DNA of 64,000 nt from Escherichia phage vB_EcoS_HdK1. Location of the stretch: sequence record MK373794.1; one strand, 5' to 3'. This document shows positions 27,826 through 38,954 of this stretch, one piece after another (the stretch's first letter is position 1; each line of letters begins with the position of its first letter). Under the pieces are notes generated by a model, which ran no database searches, was not told where the DNA came from, and saw only the letters and a program-made list of their open reading frames with translations. The position numbers were made by a program, and so were the translations under genes.

Positions 27826-30800
27826 ATGGCAATTCGTTTACAAGGTATTTTAGTTGATGGATTGAATAAACCAATCGTCAACGCAAACGTGTTCTTACTT
27901 GCACGAAGCAATACTATTGTAGTTCTAGGTGGAAGTAAAGCGGTATTTAAGACTGATTCGCAAGGTGCTTACGACGTCACAGTGAACACCGGCCACTATG
28001 TGGTTATCATTGGGCCAGAAGGTAAGGAACCGTATAAAGCGGGTGACATTGTAATCTATGCGGATAGCCAGAACGGTTCACTTAACGCATATCTTACTAA
28101 ATGGGCTCCAGAAGAAACCACACCTGAAATACTTCAGGGAAATAAAGCAACTGGTGTCTAACTCTGAGCAATTTGCATTGCAGGCGTCTGAATCCGCTGC
28201 TAATGCTAAGAAGAGTGAGCTTAACGCAGAGACAAGTAAAAACTCTGCTGCAACGGATGCAGCGTCAGCTCTGCTGTCAAAACAGGAATCTGCTGCTAGT
28301 GCGTCTTCCGCATTGCAATCCAAGAACGCTGCGGCTGGTTCTGCTACATCAGCTCAACAAGCTCTTACTGCTGTGCAAGGACTCAAGGCTGAAGTCCAGC
28401 AATTAAAAACCGACACGCAGCATATTAAAGAAGAGGGTGTCGCTGAAGTAACAGCTCTCAAGAATGCTGCAACTACTTCGGCCAACAATGCTAAAGCATC
28501 AGAAACTGCATCTGCTAATAATGCGACTTTGGCTGATACTAAAGCAAAGGAAGCGTCTGTAAGTGCAACCACCGCTAATCAAGCGAAAGTAGCTGCTGAG
28601 GCAGCAAAGGCCGCATCCGAAGCAAGTGCAGTTGAGTCCGCTACTTCTGCCGGTAAATCGCAGACCGCAGCTAATGCAGCTAAGGCAAGTGAGACGGTTG
28701 CAACACAGAAGGCAGCTTCGGCGTCTACGTCTGAAACTAATGCGGCAGCTTCCGCTCAGACTGCGACTAACAAAGCTGGTGAGTCCGCCGCTAGTGCTAC
28801 CGCAGCTAAGGCAAGCGAAACTAATGCTAAAACTTCAGAAACTAATGCTGGTACATCAGCTGGAAGATCTGAGTCTGCTGCTTTACGCTCAGAAGCTGCT
28901 GCCCAACGTGCGGAAGACATTGCTGATGCAATTGGTCTTGAAGATGCAACTTTAACTGTTAAAGGTATCGTTCGTCTTAGCAATGATACTAACAGCACTG
29001 CTGAAAACCTGGCAGCTACGCCAAAGGCTGTTAAAACAGTCATGGACGTTGCTAATACTAAAGCTCCGTCAAATAGTCCTGTTCTAACTGGCGTACCAAC
29101 GGCACCAACTCCAGCACCTGAAGTTAATAACAATCAGATTGCCACAACTCAGTTTGTACACCAAATTATAAGCGCACTGATTGGTGATGCACCAGACGCG
29201 TTAAACACTCTGAAAGAGTTAGCTGACGCTCTTGGTGATGATCCGAATTTTGCAACGACGATAACCACACTTATTAACAGTAAGTTGGCTAAAGATCAAA
29301 ATGGTGCTGACATTCCTAATAAGCAACTGTTCATTGATAACGTTGGTCTACGTGAGACTGTCAACTTAGCTCTCGGTGCATTGAAGAAGAACCAAAACGG
29401 TGCAGATATACCGGATAAAGGTGTCTTCCTTAATAACATCAATGCTGCCAGCAAGACGGATATGGCCGCCAAGAAAGGTATGAGATATACTGTGGTCAAT
29501 GCCCCAGCGGGAGTTGAAGCAGGTAAGTTTTATCCTGTTGCGATTCGTCGTTCTTCTGGATTCAGCAGTGAATTAGCATCCAGGGTGACAATAAGTACAG
29601 GTTCAAGAACGGGAAACCATAGGTTGAACAACTGCGAGTTCAATGGTTTTGTTATGACTGGTGGTTGGACTGACAGGGGACGTTATGCTTATGGAATGTT
29701 CCACGCATATACTGCAAATGAACGTGCTATTCATTCCATTCTGATGAGTAATAAAGATGATGATCTGTGCTCTGTGTTCTATGTCGAAGGTGAAGCGTTC
29801 CCTATCTCTGTATATGTAGAAGAAGGTTTATCTGTTGTTGCACCATCTGCCGACTATGTTGTCGGACAAACGACTTACAAATGGGGTGCTACAGACCCTG
29901 GAACAGAATGCGTGGCCGCTGAAACTGTACTTAATTTCTCCAATGGTAGAGGATTCTATAGTTCGCACGCACTCCTCACAAATGCGGATATTAGTGGCAA
30001 TAAAATTTACGCCAACGGTGAAATCGTAGCTCGCGGTGAGAATCAAGTTCGCATGATTGGTGGGGACTACGGTGCGTTATGGCGTAACGACGGTGCCAAG
30101 ACCTATCTCTTATTTACCGCTAAAGGCGATCAATACGGTGGTTGGAACGATTTAAGACCATTTATGATTGATAACGCTACTGGTGAGTTTACCATCGGTA
30201 CTAAATTGAACGCCGGTCAAGGTGTGAATGGTAACGCATCCAGTGCTACTAAGTTACAAACAGCGCGTAAAATTGGTGGCGCCTCATTTGATGGTACTGC
30301 TGACGTCAATCTTCCAGGCGTTAACATTCAGGGTAATCAGAACACAACTGGTAATGCGGCAACTGCCACCAAACTACAGACAGCACGTAGGATTGCCAAT
30401 GTGCCTTTTGATGGTAGTGGCGATATATCGATTCCAGCTAGAAACGTGAATGCGTTTGCGTTAGGTTTGACTCAAATAGTACAAGATCCAGAAGATGGAA
30501 ATCTATCTAATGGTGTACCTTGGAATGCTATAACCGGTGTTTACAGACAACAAGGTATAGGAGCCTCTAATATTGTTGCTCATTTTTGTGATGGTGGTGG
30601 TTCAACACCTTCTTTGCAGATAAGAGCTATGTATAGGAATGGTGGTCTTTGGTATCGTACATCACGTGATGGTTATGGTTTTGAAGAAAACTGGGATCAA
30701 ATTTACACTAAAAAGAACCCGCCTCCGGCTGGCGAAACCTTACCTGTAGGTGTTCCATTACCGTGGCCCACGGATACACCTCCGTCCGGTTATATTGTAA

Positions 30801-31492
30801 TGCAGGGTCAACCCTTCGATAAAGCTGCATACCCGAAACTTGCTGCTGCATACCCGTCGGGTGTACTTCCAGACATGCGTGGTCAAACTATCAAAGGTAA
30901 ACCAGCAAGCGGTCGTGACGTACTTTCTACAGAAGCTGATGGTGTGAAATCACATACTCACACTGCGTCTACTGCATCTGTCGATCTTGGAAGCAAGACA
31001 ACTTCTAGCTTTGATTATGGTACTAAAGGGACAAGTAGTTTCGACTACGGTACTAAGACGAGTAATAATACTGGTGCGCATACACATGGTATTAGCGGAA
31101 CAGCAAATAGTGCAGGTGGGCACCAACACCATAGTTCTGGACCATATGCGAATTCTAGTGATAGTGATCTCTTTCCTAACGGTTATACCCAGGTTTCAGT
31201 CACAAACAAACCAGTTGTACCACGGCAAGGTGGCGCAGGTATGACCCGTGTATCAGGGAAGACATCATCAGATGGAGCACATACCCACTCGTTATCCGGT
31301 AGTGCCGCAAGCGCAGGTGCTCACGCACACACTGTTGGTATTGGTGCTCACACACACTCAGTCGGTATTGGTGCTCATAGTCATACAGTCGCTTTAGGTT
31401 CACACAGCCACGGTGTTACAGTTAACGCAACTGGTAACACGGAAAACACCGTTAAGAACGTTGCATTCAACTATATTGTGAGGGCTGCTTAA
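27826..31492 (+). CDS. Side tail fibre protein, with an apparent frameshift near 28150..28160
   Basis: Track ORFs 27826..28161 and 28058..31492 are contiguous in different frames; Ala/Ser-rich N-terminal region; C-terminus with repeated His-x-His segments ([16 protein letters not shown]..). Confidence 0.75.
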
Positions 31493-32071
31493 TGTCTTTT
31501 GAAATGAGTAATGAAGACCAGACTGTAACTGTGTACGACTACTCCAATGATACGGGGCGAATATGTGGGAACCCGTGAAGCGTATGTGGTGGCCAACACA
31601 GGTCTTCCAGCATGTTGTACTGATATGGAGCCTCCAGTGGCTCCAGAAAATCATGTGGCAGTATTTAGACCGGAAAGTCAGGTATGGATTCTGCGTGAAG
31701 ACCATCGAGGGAAAGTTGTATATGATAAAGATACAGGACTTCCTTTAGTGATAACCACAATAGGATCTCTTCCGGATAATGTAACCTATATTGCTCCCGA
31801 TGGTGAACACATGAAGTGGAACGGCGATATGTGGGTAAACGATCCGGACGCACAACATGCTAAGTCGGTTGCGGATGCAGCACAACATAAAACGGATCTT
31901 CTTAATTTAGCAGATTATAAAATCAGTATTCTGCAGGATGCTGTGACTTATAATCTAGCTACTGACGAAGAAAGTTCGATGCTTGACTCCTGGAGAAAGT
32001 TTCGCGTACTTGTCAACCGTATAAACGAAAACAATCCACAGAATATTATCTGGCCTGAGTCTCCAGAATAA
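31492..32071 (+). CDS. Tail fibre assembly protein (Tfa-like chaperone), with an apparent frameshift near 31555
   Basis: ATG overlapping the fibre stop (TAATG); N-terminal frame [22 protein letters not shown] continues in the frame of track ORF 31547..32071. Confidence 0.65.
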
Positions 32072-32110
32072 TACCTGTCGTAGTGACCTCCATTAGCTTG
32101 ATATAAATAA

Positions 32111-32154
32111 TTATCCGCTGTAAGTCCAACGACCAGCGGATAATTTTTATTTTC
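32111..32154 (+). terminator. Rho-independent terminator after the fibre/Tfa operon
   Basis: Perfect 10-bp stem TTATCCGCTG..CAGCGGATAA followed by an 11-nt T-rich run. Confidence 0.75.
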
Positions 32155-32265
32155 AATATTTACAAATCATTTTTACGCTTTACCTTGTGATTCCCCACTT
32201 TTGCTATATGCTTGCTCTGTAACGTAAGAGTTACATCAATTTAACAATCTAAATGGGGAATCCAT

Positions 32266-32979
32266 ATGTCTGACATGACTCTTATTCCGGGCGGTTTGGG
32301 TGGCGGTTTCGGTGGTGAAGCTGGCGCAGCGGCCGTTGGCGGTGGTATCGGTGGCTTAATCGGTTCGTGGATCGGAAATGGTTGGGGTGGCAATGTCGGT
32401 TGGGGTGGTCGCGGCGGTTGGGGTGGTGGTGTCGGTGAAGTCCAGGCTTCCGTAGATACTAACGCAATTCTGCAAGCCATCAATAACGGCAACCTGCAAA
32501 ACATCCAGGGCCAGAACGGTACTAACCTGACTGTCGAACGTTCTGCGGCGTCCACCTTCAACGGTATTACTCAACAGAACACTCAGAACATGCTGGCTTC
32601 CGTTCAGGGCTTTGCTGGTCTGAACACTGAAATTCGCACTGGTACAGCGTCTGTCGTAGCTGCTGTCAATGCTGCGGATGTAAACGCGTTGAACCGTTCC
32701 TTCCAAGCTCAGTTAGCTGCTCAGGAATGTTGCTGCGAGACCAACCTGAACATCGAACGTCAAGCGAACGAAACCCGTGGCCTGATCCGCGATCAGTTTG
32801 CTCAGTCTCAGGCTGTTCTGATCTGTGATCTGAAATCTCAGTTGCAGGAAGCTCGCTTTGCGAACTCCCAGCTTCATCAGACCGCTCAGATCGATTGTAA
32901 GATCAATCAGGTTGCACAGCTCGTTAACTTCAAACTGCCAACTCCTCCGACTCCGCCGACTGGTTGTTGTGGTTGCTAA
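32266..32979 (+). CDS. Gly-rich, Gln/Asn-rich protein with C-terminal Cys cluster (..PTGCCGC); unknown function
   Basis: 237 aa; N-terminal 60 aa dominated by GG/GW repeats; ECCCE and CCGC motifs; own upstream region and terminators on both sides. Confidence 0.5.
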   Translation: MSDMTLIPGGLGGGFGGEAGAAAVGGGIGGLIGSWIGNGWGGNVGWGGRGGWGGGVGEVQASVDTNAILQAINNGNLQNIQGQNGTNLTVERSAASTFNGITQQNTQNMLASVQGFAGLNTEIRTGTASVVAAVNAADVNALNRSFQAQLAAQECCCETNLNIERQANETRGLIRDQFAQSQAVLICDLKSQLQEARFANSQLHQTAQIDCKINQVAQLVNFKLPTPPTPPTGCCGC

Positions 32980-33001
32980 GATCCTAAAGTGTGGTCAACT
33001 A

Positions 33002-33025
33002 AACGCCTCTCACGGGGCGTTTTTA
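33002..33025 (+). terminator. Terminator-like hairpin after the Gly-rich gene
   Basis: AACGCC..GGCGTT stem followed by TTTTT. Confidence 0.5.
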
Positions 33026-33041
33026 AAAAGAGGTCAGACAT

Positions 33042-33407
33042 ATGGGTCACATTAAATTAGCAACATTTGCGTTACCACATATCCGTCTTCCAATGATTGC
33101 TTTACCGCATCTGGTTTACAAGACGGGTGAGCACCATACAGAGGAGCATCACGAACATGATAAACTTCATGCTAGAGATCATGAATCTATGGCAGTTATG
33201 GAAGATGTGCATGAGCGGATGGAACAACCTCCGTCAACTTGGGCGGCGTACAGTAGCAAGTCCGGCGGTATGATGTCAATTGTCGAAATGGAGTATCGTG
33301 AACTGATGGAAAAGAAAGCTGAAGGTTCACATACTGGTGTAGAAAAAGAACTAACTGATCTTGCTGCCGCTTGTATTTGTGCGCTCAAGAAAATGAAAGC
33401 GAAGTAA
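33042..33407 (+). CDS. Hypothetical protein, His/Glu-rich; possible all-alpha NTP-pyrophosphohydrolase-like (MazG-like) fold
   Basis: Clustered acidic residues (EMEYRELMEKKAEG..EKELTDLAAA) resemble MazG-type metal-binding helices; weak. Confidence 0.3.
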   Translation: MGHIKLATFALPHIRLPMIALPHLVYKTGEHHTEEHHEHDKLHARDHESMAVMEDVHERMEQPPSTWAAYSSKSGGMMSIVEMEYRELMEKKAEGSHTGVEKELTDLAAACICALKKMKAK

Positions 33408-33423
33408 AAGATAGGAAGCCGAC

Positions 33424-33972
33424 ATGCAGAACATAAACAATGGTATGGGCGTTACTCAATTCAACGGTATGAAACCGAAAAGCTCCATCAGCGTTGGCGG
33501 CGTTGAATGGGCGTTACGTCGGGACGCTACCGATTCAACGACTGCATTTCCGCACCAAAAGGTCAGCTGGCTAAATGCTGGTTGCGAACCTATGGCAGAT
33601 GGTCGGGTTCATTATTGTTGGATAATGGGTGTGATACCACCAACGCCAGGTACTATCGAACGTCCAGTGAATGTGATGTATGTTGGCTTCCACCAGTTTA
33701 AGATCACAATAGCTCCGAACTCCATTAGCCAATCCGATCTTGATCGTATGCACGTATATGTGAGCGATAATTCTGACTTTGCAGGTGAATTCGTAAGTAA
33801 GTTCTTAGGTCTGGAACCCGCGCAGCCTGTAGAATCCCGTGAGAGCATTAGCCCATGGCCACCAACGATAGATCAGAGCGTGTTACACGCGAATCCGCAG
33901 ACTCCAGAACCTCAGGCACAACCTCAACCGCAAACTGTGGTTAAGCCAGAGCAGAAAGGTGAAGTTAAATGA
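33424..33972 (+). CDS. Hypothetical protein, 182 aa, Pro/Gln-rich C-terminus
   Basis: ORF track. Confidence 0.4.
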   Translation: MQNINNGMGVTQFNGMKPKSSISVGGVEWALRRDATDSTTAFPHQKVSWLNAGCEPMADGRVHYCWIMGVIPPTPGTIERPVNVMYVGFHQFKITIAPNSISQSDLDRMHVYVSDNSDFAGEFVSKFLGLEPAQPVESRESISPWPPTIDQSVLHANPQTPEPQAQPQPQTVVKPEQKGEVK

Positions 33973-34238
33973 CGAAGAACGAAGGTATTGATAAAGTAGT
34001 TCAGCAACTGGCAATACGTGCCCACGTTGTAGTAGACGAAGGTCATTCCGAATTAGACATCCTAAAGTCCGCTTTCAATGACTTCAAATCCATGGGCTCT
34101 TTAACTGGTATTATGTCAGTGATGAGCTCAGGTAAATTAACTCAGCAACAAGTTGATGTTGCGCAACGTATTGCTGTAAAGGTCTTGGCTGTGCTAGGCA
34201 TCCAAGAATCAAATAAAAAACAAGAAAAAGAAGAATAA
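33969..34238 (+). CDS. Hypothetical protein, 89 aa
   Basis: ORF track; last gene of the rightward block. Confidence 0.4.
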   Translation: MTKNEGIDKVVQQLAIRAHVVVDEGHSELDILKSAFNDFKSMGSLTGIMSVMSSGKLTQQQVDVAQRIAVKVLAVLGIQESNKKQEKEE

Positions 34239-34274
34239 GCAGAGGCAACGTGCGGCATTTTGGGGCATTTTATT

Positions 34275-34307
34275 GTGGGCCAGTATAAACGTATTGGCCC
34301 ACTTTTT
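34275..34307. terminator. Terminator between the convergent rightward block and leftward replication block
   Basis: GTGGGCCA..TGGCCCAC stem followed by TTTTT, between two convergent gene ends. Confidence 0.6.
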
Positions 34308-34308
34308 A

Positions 34309-36282
34309 TTAAGCGGCGTATGCGAGTTTTTCCAGCAATTTTTCCGCTTTAGCTATGTACACTTCGTGGTTGAGATCTGGCGGTAACTGGTCAGTGAGTT
34401 CCATCATAGGTTTACCCCCTGCTGTTTTACCGACACGACCGCCACTCTTGACTATCAATATCTCAGGTACTTCCTCTTTCGTATAGTACCAACGAACGAC
34501 TTTACCTAATGGTTCATTATTCCATGCAGCACCACCATTAGCAGTCTTGATACAAACAAACTTACGAATGTCCTGACACTCTGTGATGGTTTTGGCAATT
34601 GGTGTACCGTCACGAAGAAGGTTAACCACAGCATCCATAATGATCTCGCCTTCCGCGTTCTTAGCTAGACCAGTCTCGGCAAACCAACCTTTACGCTTGG
34701 CTTTACCATCTGCTTTGATTGCAACGTAGTTGTTAACGTTTGCAGAGTTAAGGCGCAGGTACTGGTTCAACTCCATTTCAAAGCCAGTTGTTTCTTCCCA
34801 CCACTTGATGATATCAGTCATTAATTGCTTCTTAGCTTTGCAAGGTTTAATAACAATACCATCCGTGTTAGCACTGACGACCTGAATACCATTAAGCTCC
34901 AGTGTCTCAATGAGCATAAGCAGAGCTAACTGTCCTGTCAGCGTAGTCTGAATAATAAGATGCGGTGCATACAGAATAGAGAACGGTGAACCGAACTTAC
35001 CATAAGAGCCGTTGATAACGATCTTAAGAGTTTGTGCAGTCTTATCGTCATGAGCCATCTTGGCTGCAATACGTCGTTCTACGATCTTAACGAAGATATC
35101 GATAAAGCGCGGGCCCAGGTGTTCAGGATACAGTTGCTGGTTAATGATACAGATCGGGTAGTATGACGTTACGTCAGCATCCCACATCTCTTCATCTTCA
35201 GATGGTACAATCTCCATTAACTCTTCGCAGGAGTGCAGACCACCGATACCCATGTTGTAAGTTGTCTGGTTGATTGTAAACTTCAAAGAGTTCATTGTAG
35301 ATGGTTGCTTAATTTTACCATCTTCTGCGACTCGGAAGTAACTATCAAGCACAACCTGAAATACGGACTTCATTAGTGGCGTTTGGAAACCTAACCACAC
35401 TGGAGGATTGTACCTAAAGGTTCTGCCGACTTCCACCATACCCTTCTGAGGTACGAAGCCCAACATTTCCTTCATTTCGTGACGGATTACAGCTTCTGCA
35501 ATCTGTGCATCTGATTTAGAGCGAAGGTCCACTTTGTACTCTTCACTCATAATCTCACGTAGATGGATCTGCTCTTCCAGTGAGTTAAACAGAGCCATTG
35601 TTGTATCAAGGTCGTTAATACAGTAGAAGCGCACAATAGCAATCTGTTCTACGGATAACGCCCAATGTGGTGGGAATGGTAAGTCCTGGAGCTTCTGCAT
35701 GTGCATACGGCCACCATACAGCTTCAACGAACCGAAGCCAGGAGCTACCTCTTGAACGTCAATGTGGTCAATCCAAAACTGTTTTACACCAAAACTGTTA
35801 AGAATGTCCCACGGAGCCCACTCTTCCTGGATCATCCTGTCACTTGCTTCTTTCAGCTTGTCAACAGTCAGACCAGCAATGGCAAGGAATGTCATCGTAT
35901 TATCGTAGTTTCTTGAGTTGAAACCAACAGTACGAAAGTTCTTCATTATCCATTCATATTTTTCCGTGTCAAGTGTCTGACCGGCAGTCATTTCTAGATA
36001 ATAGACCTTACCAAACTTAACCCCTTTAAACGCCACAAGAAAATAGTTCTTATAACATTCGATATCGTATACGAACGTTTCTTGTGCAAAATACATCTCC
36101 ACTAATTCACCGTCTGTCATACGCGGATCATTAGCTGCAAAACGCATTGCTGCATCAAGACCTGGAAGGTAGTCCGGACGCTCCCATACTCTTTCAACTG
36201 GTTGACGTTTTACTTTCTGTTTCTTCTCTTTCTTAGCGGGAGGTAAATCCTCCCAAAAGAAACCAATAGCATCTTTTCTCAT
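34309..36282 (-). CDS. DNA polymerase (family B-like polymerase motifs, no obvious exonuclease domain)
   Basis: 657 aa; motif-like segments DADVTSYYP, K..INGSYGKFG and VSANTDGI. Confidence 0.7.
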   Translation of the reverse strand: MRKDAIGFFWEDLPPAKKEKKQKVKRQPVERVWERPDYLPGLDAAMRFAANDPRMTDGELVEMYFAQETFVYDIECYKNYFLVAFKGVKFGKVYYLEMTAGQTLDTEKYEWIMKNFRTVGFNSRNYDNTMTFLAIAGLTVDKLKEASDRMIQEEWAPWDILNSFGVKQFWIDHIDVQEVAPGFGSLKLYGGRMHMQKLQDLPFPPHWALSVEQIAIVRFYCINDLDTTMALFNSLEEQIHLREIMSEEYKVDLRSKSDAQIAEAVIRHEMKEMLGFVPQKGMVEVGRTFRYNPPVWLGFQTPLMKSVFQVVLDSYFRVAEDGKIKQPSTMNSLKFTINQTTYNMGIGGLHSCEELMEIVPSEDEEMWDADVTSYYPICIINQQLYPEHLGPRFIDIFVKIVERRIAAKMAHDDKTAQTLKIVINGSYGKFGSPFSILYAPHLIIQTTLTGQLALLMLIETLELNGIQVVSANTDGIVIKPCKAKKQLMTDIIKWWEETTGFEMELNQYLRLNSANVNNYVAIKADGKAKRKGWFAETGLAKNAEGEIIMDAVVNLLRDGTPIAKTITECQDIRKFVCIKTANGGAAWNNEPLGKVVRWYYTKEEVPEILIVKSGGRVGKTAGGKPMMELTDQLPPDLNHEVYIAKAEKLLEKLAYAA

Positions 36283-37271
36283 AGACGAAATCCTACAATT
36301 ACCCCACGTAGATTTTCACCATAAAAAATAATAGGAGTTGAAAGACCCCTTTCGTCCTTGTCATTGAAACGAGAAGCATCCCAATCCGTTGCAAGTCCTT
36401 TCAACTGCATAATAAGATCTATATTATACACGCCAATTGACTTAGATTCACGGAACATTGCACTAGCACCATCCAACTCGTTGTAATGTGTGCGTACAAC
36501 ACCATTTTCCATGTAAATACGCCCATCCCGCTCACAGAACGGTTTTATCTTTTCTAAGCAATTAAAAAGCTCAGTATCAAGCGTATAAACGTTGGACCCC
36601 TTTTCTGTACGTTCAATTATCTTATCAATATTAGGCCACTTTAATTCCAGCAATTGTGTACGCAACCAGCAACCGTCTTCGTAGTGGAATGTCATGCTGG
36701 TATCTGTACACTGAATTCTTACTGGTGGCTTTTTAATACGCAATAATTCTTTGATGGCCATACGTGGCACAACACAATCCACAGGGAATACAGCACCGAA
36801 CCAATATTGTATAATACTAGCGTTGTTGGTCGCGTACATGCTGCCCTGTTTTACCAGCACGCCGCAAGACCACGGGCGGGAAGCATCGTCGCTTATAAAT
36901 GGCGTTACGCGGCTTAAACCGTTGAGAAAAAGCTGACCGTCTATTTCGTGAATTGTTCCTTCTGGCTCTACGTGTGCAGTTGGTTTCTGAAGAGTATCCA
37001 CACTGACCTTAAAGCCACCAGACTTAATGCTCAACTTACCGTTCGCTAACATTGTCATTTGTACAGCTTCGTCACATGCTGCAATAGCCTTCAACATTGG
37101 TTCAGCTTTAGGAGTACAGTCAATATTCAGCGGCACTGGACTACACAATGAAATAGTTCCGTTAAACCCGCGCACAGTACCGTCAACAATACGGAAGTGA
37201 GTTAAACCTTCCTGAAGTTCTTTCTTAGCTACAGAACCCTGAACAAACTTTAAAGCATCAAGTAAATCCAT
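36279..37271 (-). CDS. Possible sliding-clamp-like processivity factor
   Basis: 330 aa, translationally coupled to the polymerase; residue spacing loosely parallels beta-clamp N-terminal conservation. Confidence 0.35.
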   Translation of the reverse strand: MDLLDALKFVQGSVAKKELQEGLTHFRIVDGTVRGFNGTISLCSPVPLNIDCTPKAEPMLKAIAACDEAVQMTMLANGKLSIKSGGFKVSVDTLQKPTAHVEPEGTIHEIDGQLFLNGLSRVTPFISDDASRPWSCGVLVKQGSMYATNNASIIQYWFGAVFPVDCVVPRMAIKELLRIKKPPVRIQCTDTSMTFHYEDGCWLRTQLLELKWPNIDKIIERTEKGSNVYTLDTELFNCLEKIKPFCERDGRIYMENGVVRTHYNELDGASAMFRESKSIGVYNIDLIMQLKGLATDWDASRFNDKDERGLSTPIIFYGENLRGVIVGFRL

Positions 37272-38234
37272 AAGTAACCTTATTCGTCAAATAAATCCTG
37301 GAGGCGTTCGTTGAACTTCCCATTGTGGTTAGCAAGAATCATAGCGTTGACCACACCATACGCCCATAAATTATATGCAGCGCGTGATTCGTATATCGTT
37401 GAAAGTCGTTCGTATGTGAAACCTGACTCCTCTAAGTAGCGGTAGAACGTTATTTTGTTCTATTTCTGAAAGATTACAGATATGTTGTCCTTGATAGTGG
37501 CGTGACGGTGATTTTTCGGATACCTGCATTGGGCCCCACTTTGGAGTTTCAATAGCACCAAACGCCGCAGATTGAATCCAGGAGGATGAGTCACAGGAGT
37601 ACCACGGGTAACGCTCCATAAGCGGACGGGACGTAATACCAAAACCATGTACTTTAATCTTAGCGCGTCCACTACCGTCTACAAGGTGTTTATCCCATAC
37701 CCTGTCCAACCATACCTGGAGTTGTTGTGTACTCGCTCCAACAAGACCACCAAGAGTGATGTATTCATAATTTCGCACATAATGGTCCAGGTATTCAAAA
37801 GGTTCGCCGGCGTGGAAGCATGGTAAAGGTCTTACACCCCTGGCTTCCATCTCTTCCTGGTTGCGCCACGTTTGAAGTGGATCCCCGATACCATCGAGTA
37901 CAGAAGCCATAAGCGAACCATCTTCTACACGAATAATATCTATGTTTCGTTGGATGTAATCACAGTATTCTTTAACCGATAACGTAACTCCCAAAGTGTA
38001 AGCTGAGAACGCCCCGGAGTCGAGGAATATCTTGGCCCCATCGGCACGCATGGCATCAACATAGGATTGTTTTCCAACGTAGTGCCAGGATTCAAGAATG
38101 TTTGGAATATTCTCGACAACACGTTTTTCTTGTTCGTTGAGTTTAACATAGCGGTTCATTCCTGGTTTATAGCTGTTCGTATATACGGCAGCCATATAAA
38201 TCTGAAAGGTATAGTTGATATCTTGTCTGTGCAT
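37265..38234 (-). CDS. dpdA: DpdA-like 7-deazaguanine DNA transglycosylase (TGT-like fold), with an apparent frameshift near 37440
   Basis: TGT-like fold assigned from overall pattern (KIFLDSGAFS, VHGFG); the C-terminus of track ORF 37371..38234 reads as junk, while the alternate frame continues as KITFYRYLEESGFTYERLSTIYESRAAYNLWAYGVVNAMILANHNGKFNERLQDLFDE to a stop at 37265; junction at an AAAA run. Confidence 0.6.
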
Positions 38235-38303
38235 TGTTCACCTAACAAATAAGCGCCCGTAGGCGCTTATTATATTAAAGATAATGTATGATTCGCAAAT
38301 CAG

Positions 38304-38954
38304 TTACTTTTTACACGCTTCAAGAAATTCCCGACGCCATGTGTCACCAGTTACGTCCGGTAATACACCATCACCCAATGCAGTACGTCCGCGGAATGCT
38401 TTAGTGATGGTTGAGCTTCCGCATACCTGTTTAATACCGCGCGACTCCATGCACATATGTTTTGCATCGATGTAGACACACACAGCTTTCGGCTCTAAAT
38501 GGTCACGGATAGCGTCCGCAATTTGATTAGTCAGACGTTCTTGGACTTGCAAACGTCGAGCAAAAGCATCAACCACACGAGATAACTTACTAAGGCCAAC
38601 AATTTTTCCATTCGGGACATACCCGACCACCGCATGACCAATAATAGGAGCCATATGATGCTCACAATGACTGTAGACAGGGATATCACGGACGATGACC
38701 ATTTCATCACAGTTTTCCCCACCATCCTCAAACGTTTTGAACAGGGATGCAATATCGACAGAATAACCCCCGAACCACGTTTCAAATGCTTTAGCGACGC
38801 GCAATGGAGTTTCAACTAGACCTTCACGCAAGTCATCGCCACCTTCAATCAACTTTAAAATCTTTTCGATACTGTGCGAAATTTCTGCTCGGTTTGTCAT
38901 CTTTGTAAATTCATTCATGGTTTGCAGTTTCCTTGTGTGGTCAATTATTTGCAA
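38304..38954 (-). CDS. folE: GTP cyclohydrolase I (FolE)
   Basis: Signature CEHH (..YSHCEHHMAPI..) and flanking conserved segments. Confidence 0.85.
   Translation of the reverse strand: MQIIDHTRKLQTMNEFTKMTNRAEISHSIEKILKLIEGGDDLREGLVETPLRVAKAFETWFGGYSVDIASLFKTFEDGGENCDEMVIVRDIPVYSHCEHHMAPIIGHAVVGYVPNGKIVGLSKLSRVVDAFARRLQVQERLTNQIADAIRDHLEPKAVCVYIDAKHMCMESRGIKQVCGSSTITKAFRGRTALGDGVLPDVTGDTWRREFLEACKK

Noticed and set aside
28078-29133. Several track ORFs on both strands inside the tail fibre gene (28078..28323 -, 28173..28406 +, 28354..28572 -, 28626..28955 +, 28756..29133 -)
   Set aside because: They lie entirely within the Ala/Ser-rich repetitive part of the fibre gene, where low-complexity sequence keeps alternate frames open; their translations are Leu/Arg/Ala runs without protein-like features.
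32266-32330. Double-glycine leader peptide on the Gly-rich protein, to be processed by the C39-like peptidase at 4720..5160
   Set aside because: The N-terminus MSDMTLIPGG is only 10 residues and lacks the hydrophobic spacing of double-glycine leaders; the two genes are 27 kb apart in different transcription units. Kept only as a weak speculation.
35701-35916. Plus-strand ORF within the DNA polymerase gene
   Set aside because: Antisense to the polymerase coding sequence; no start context.
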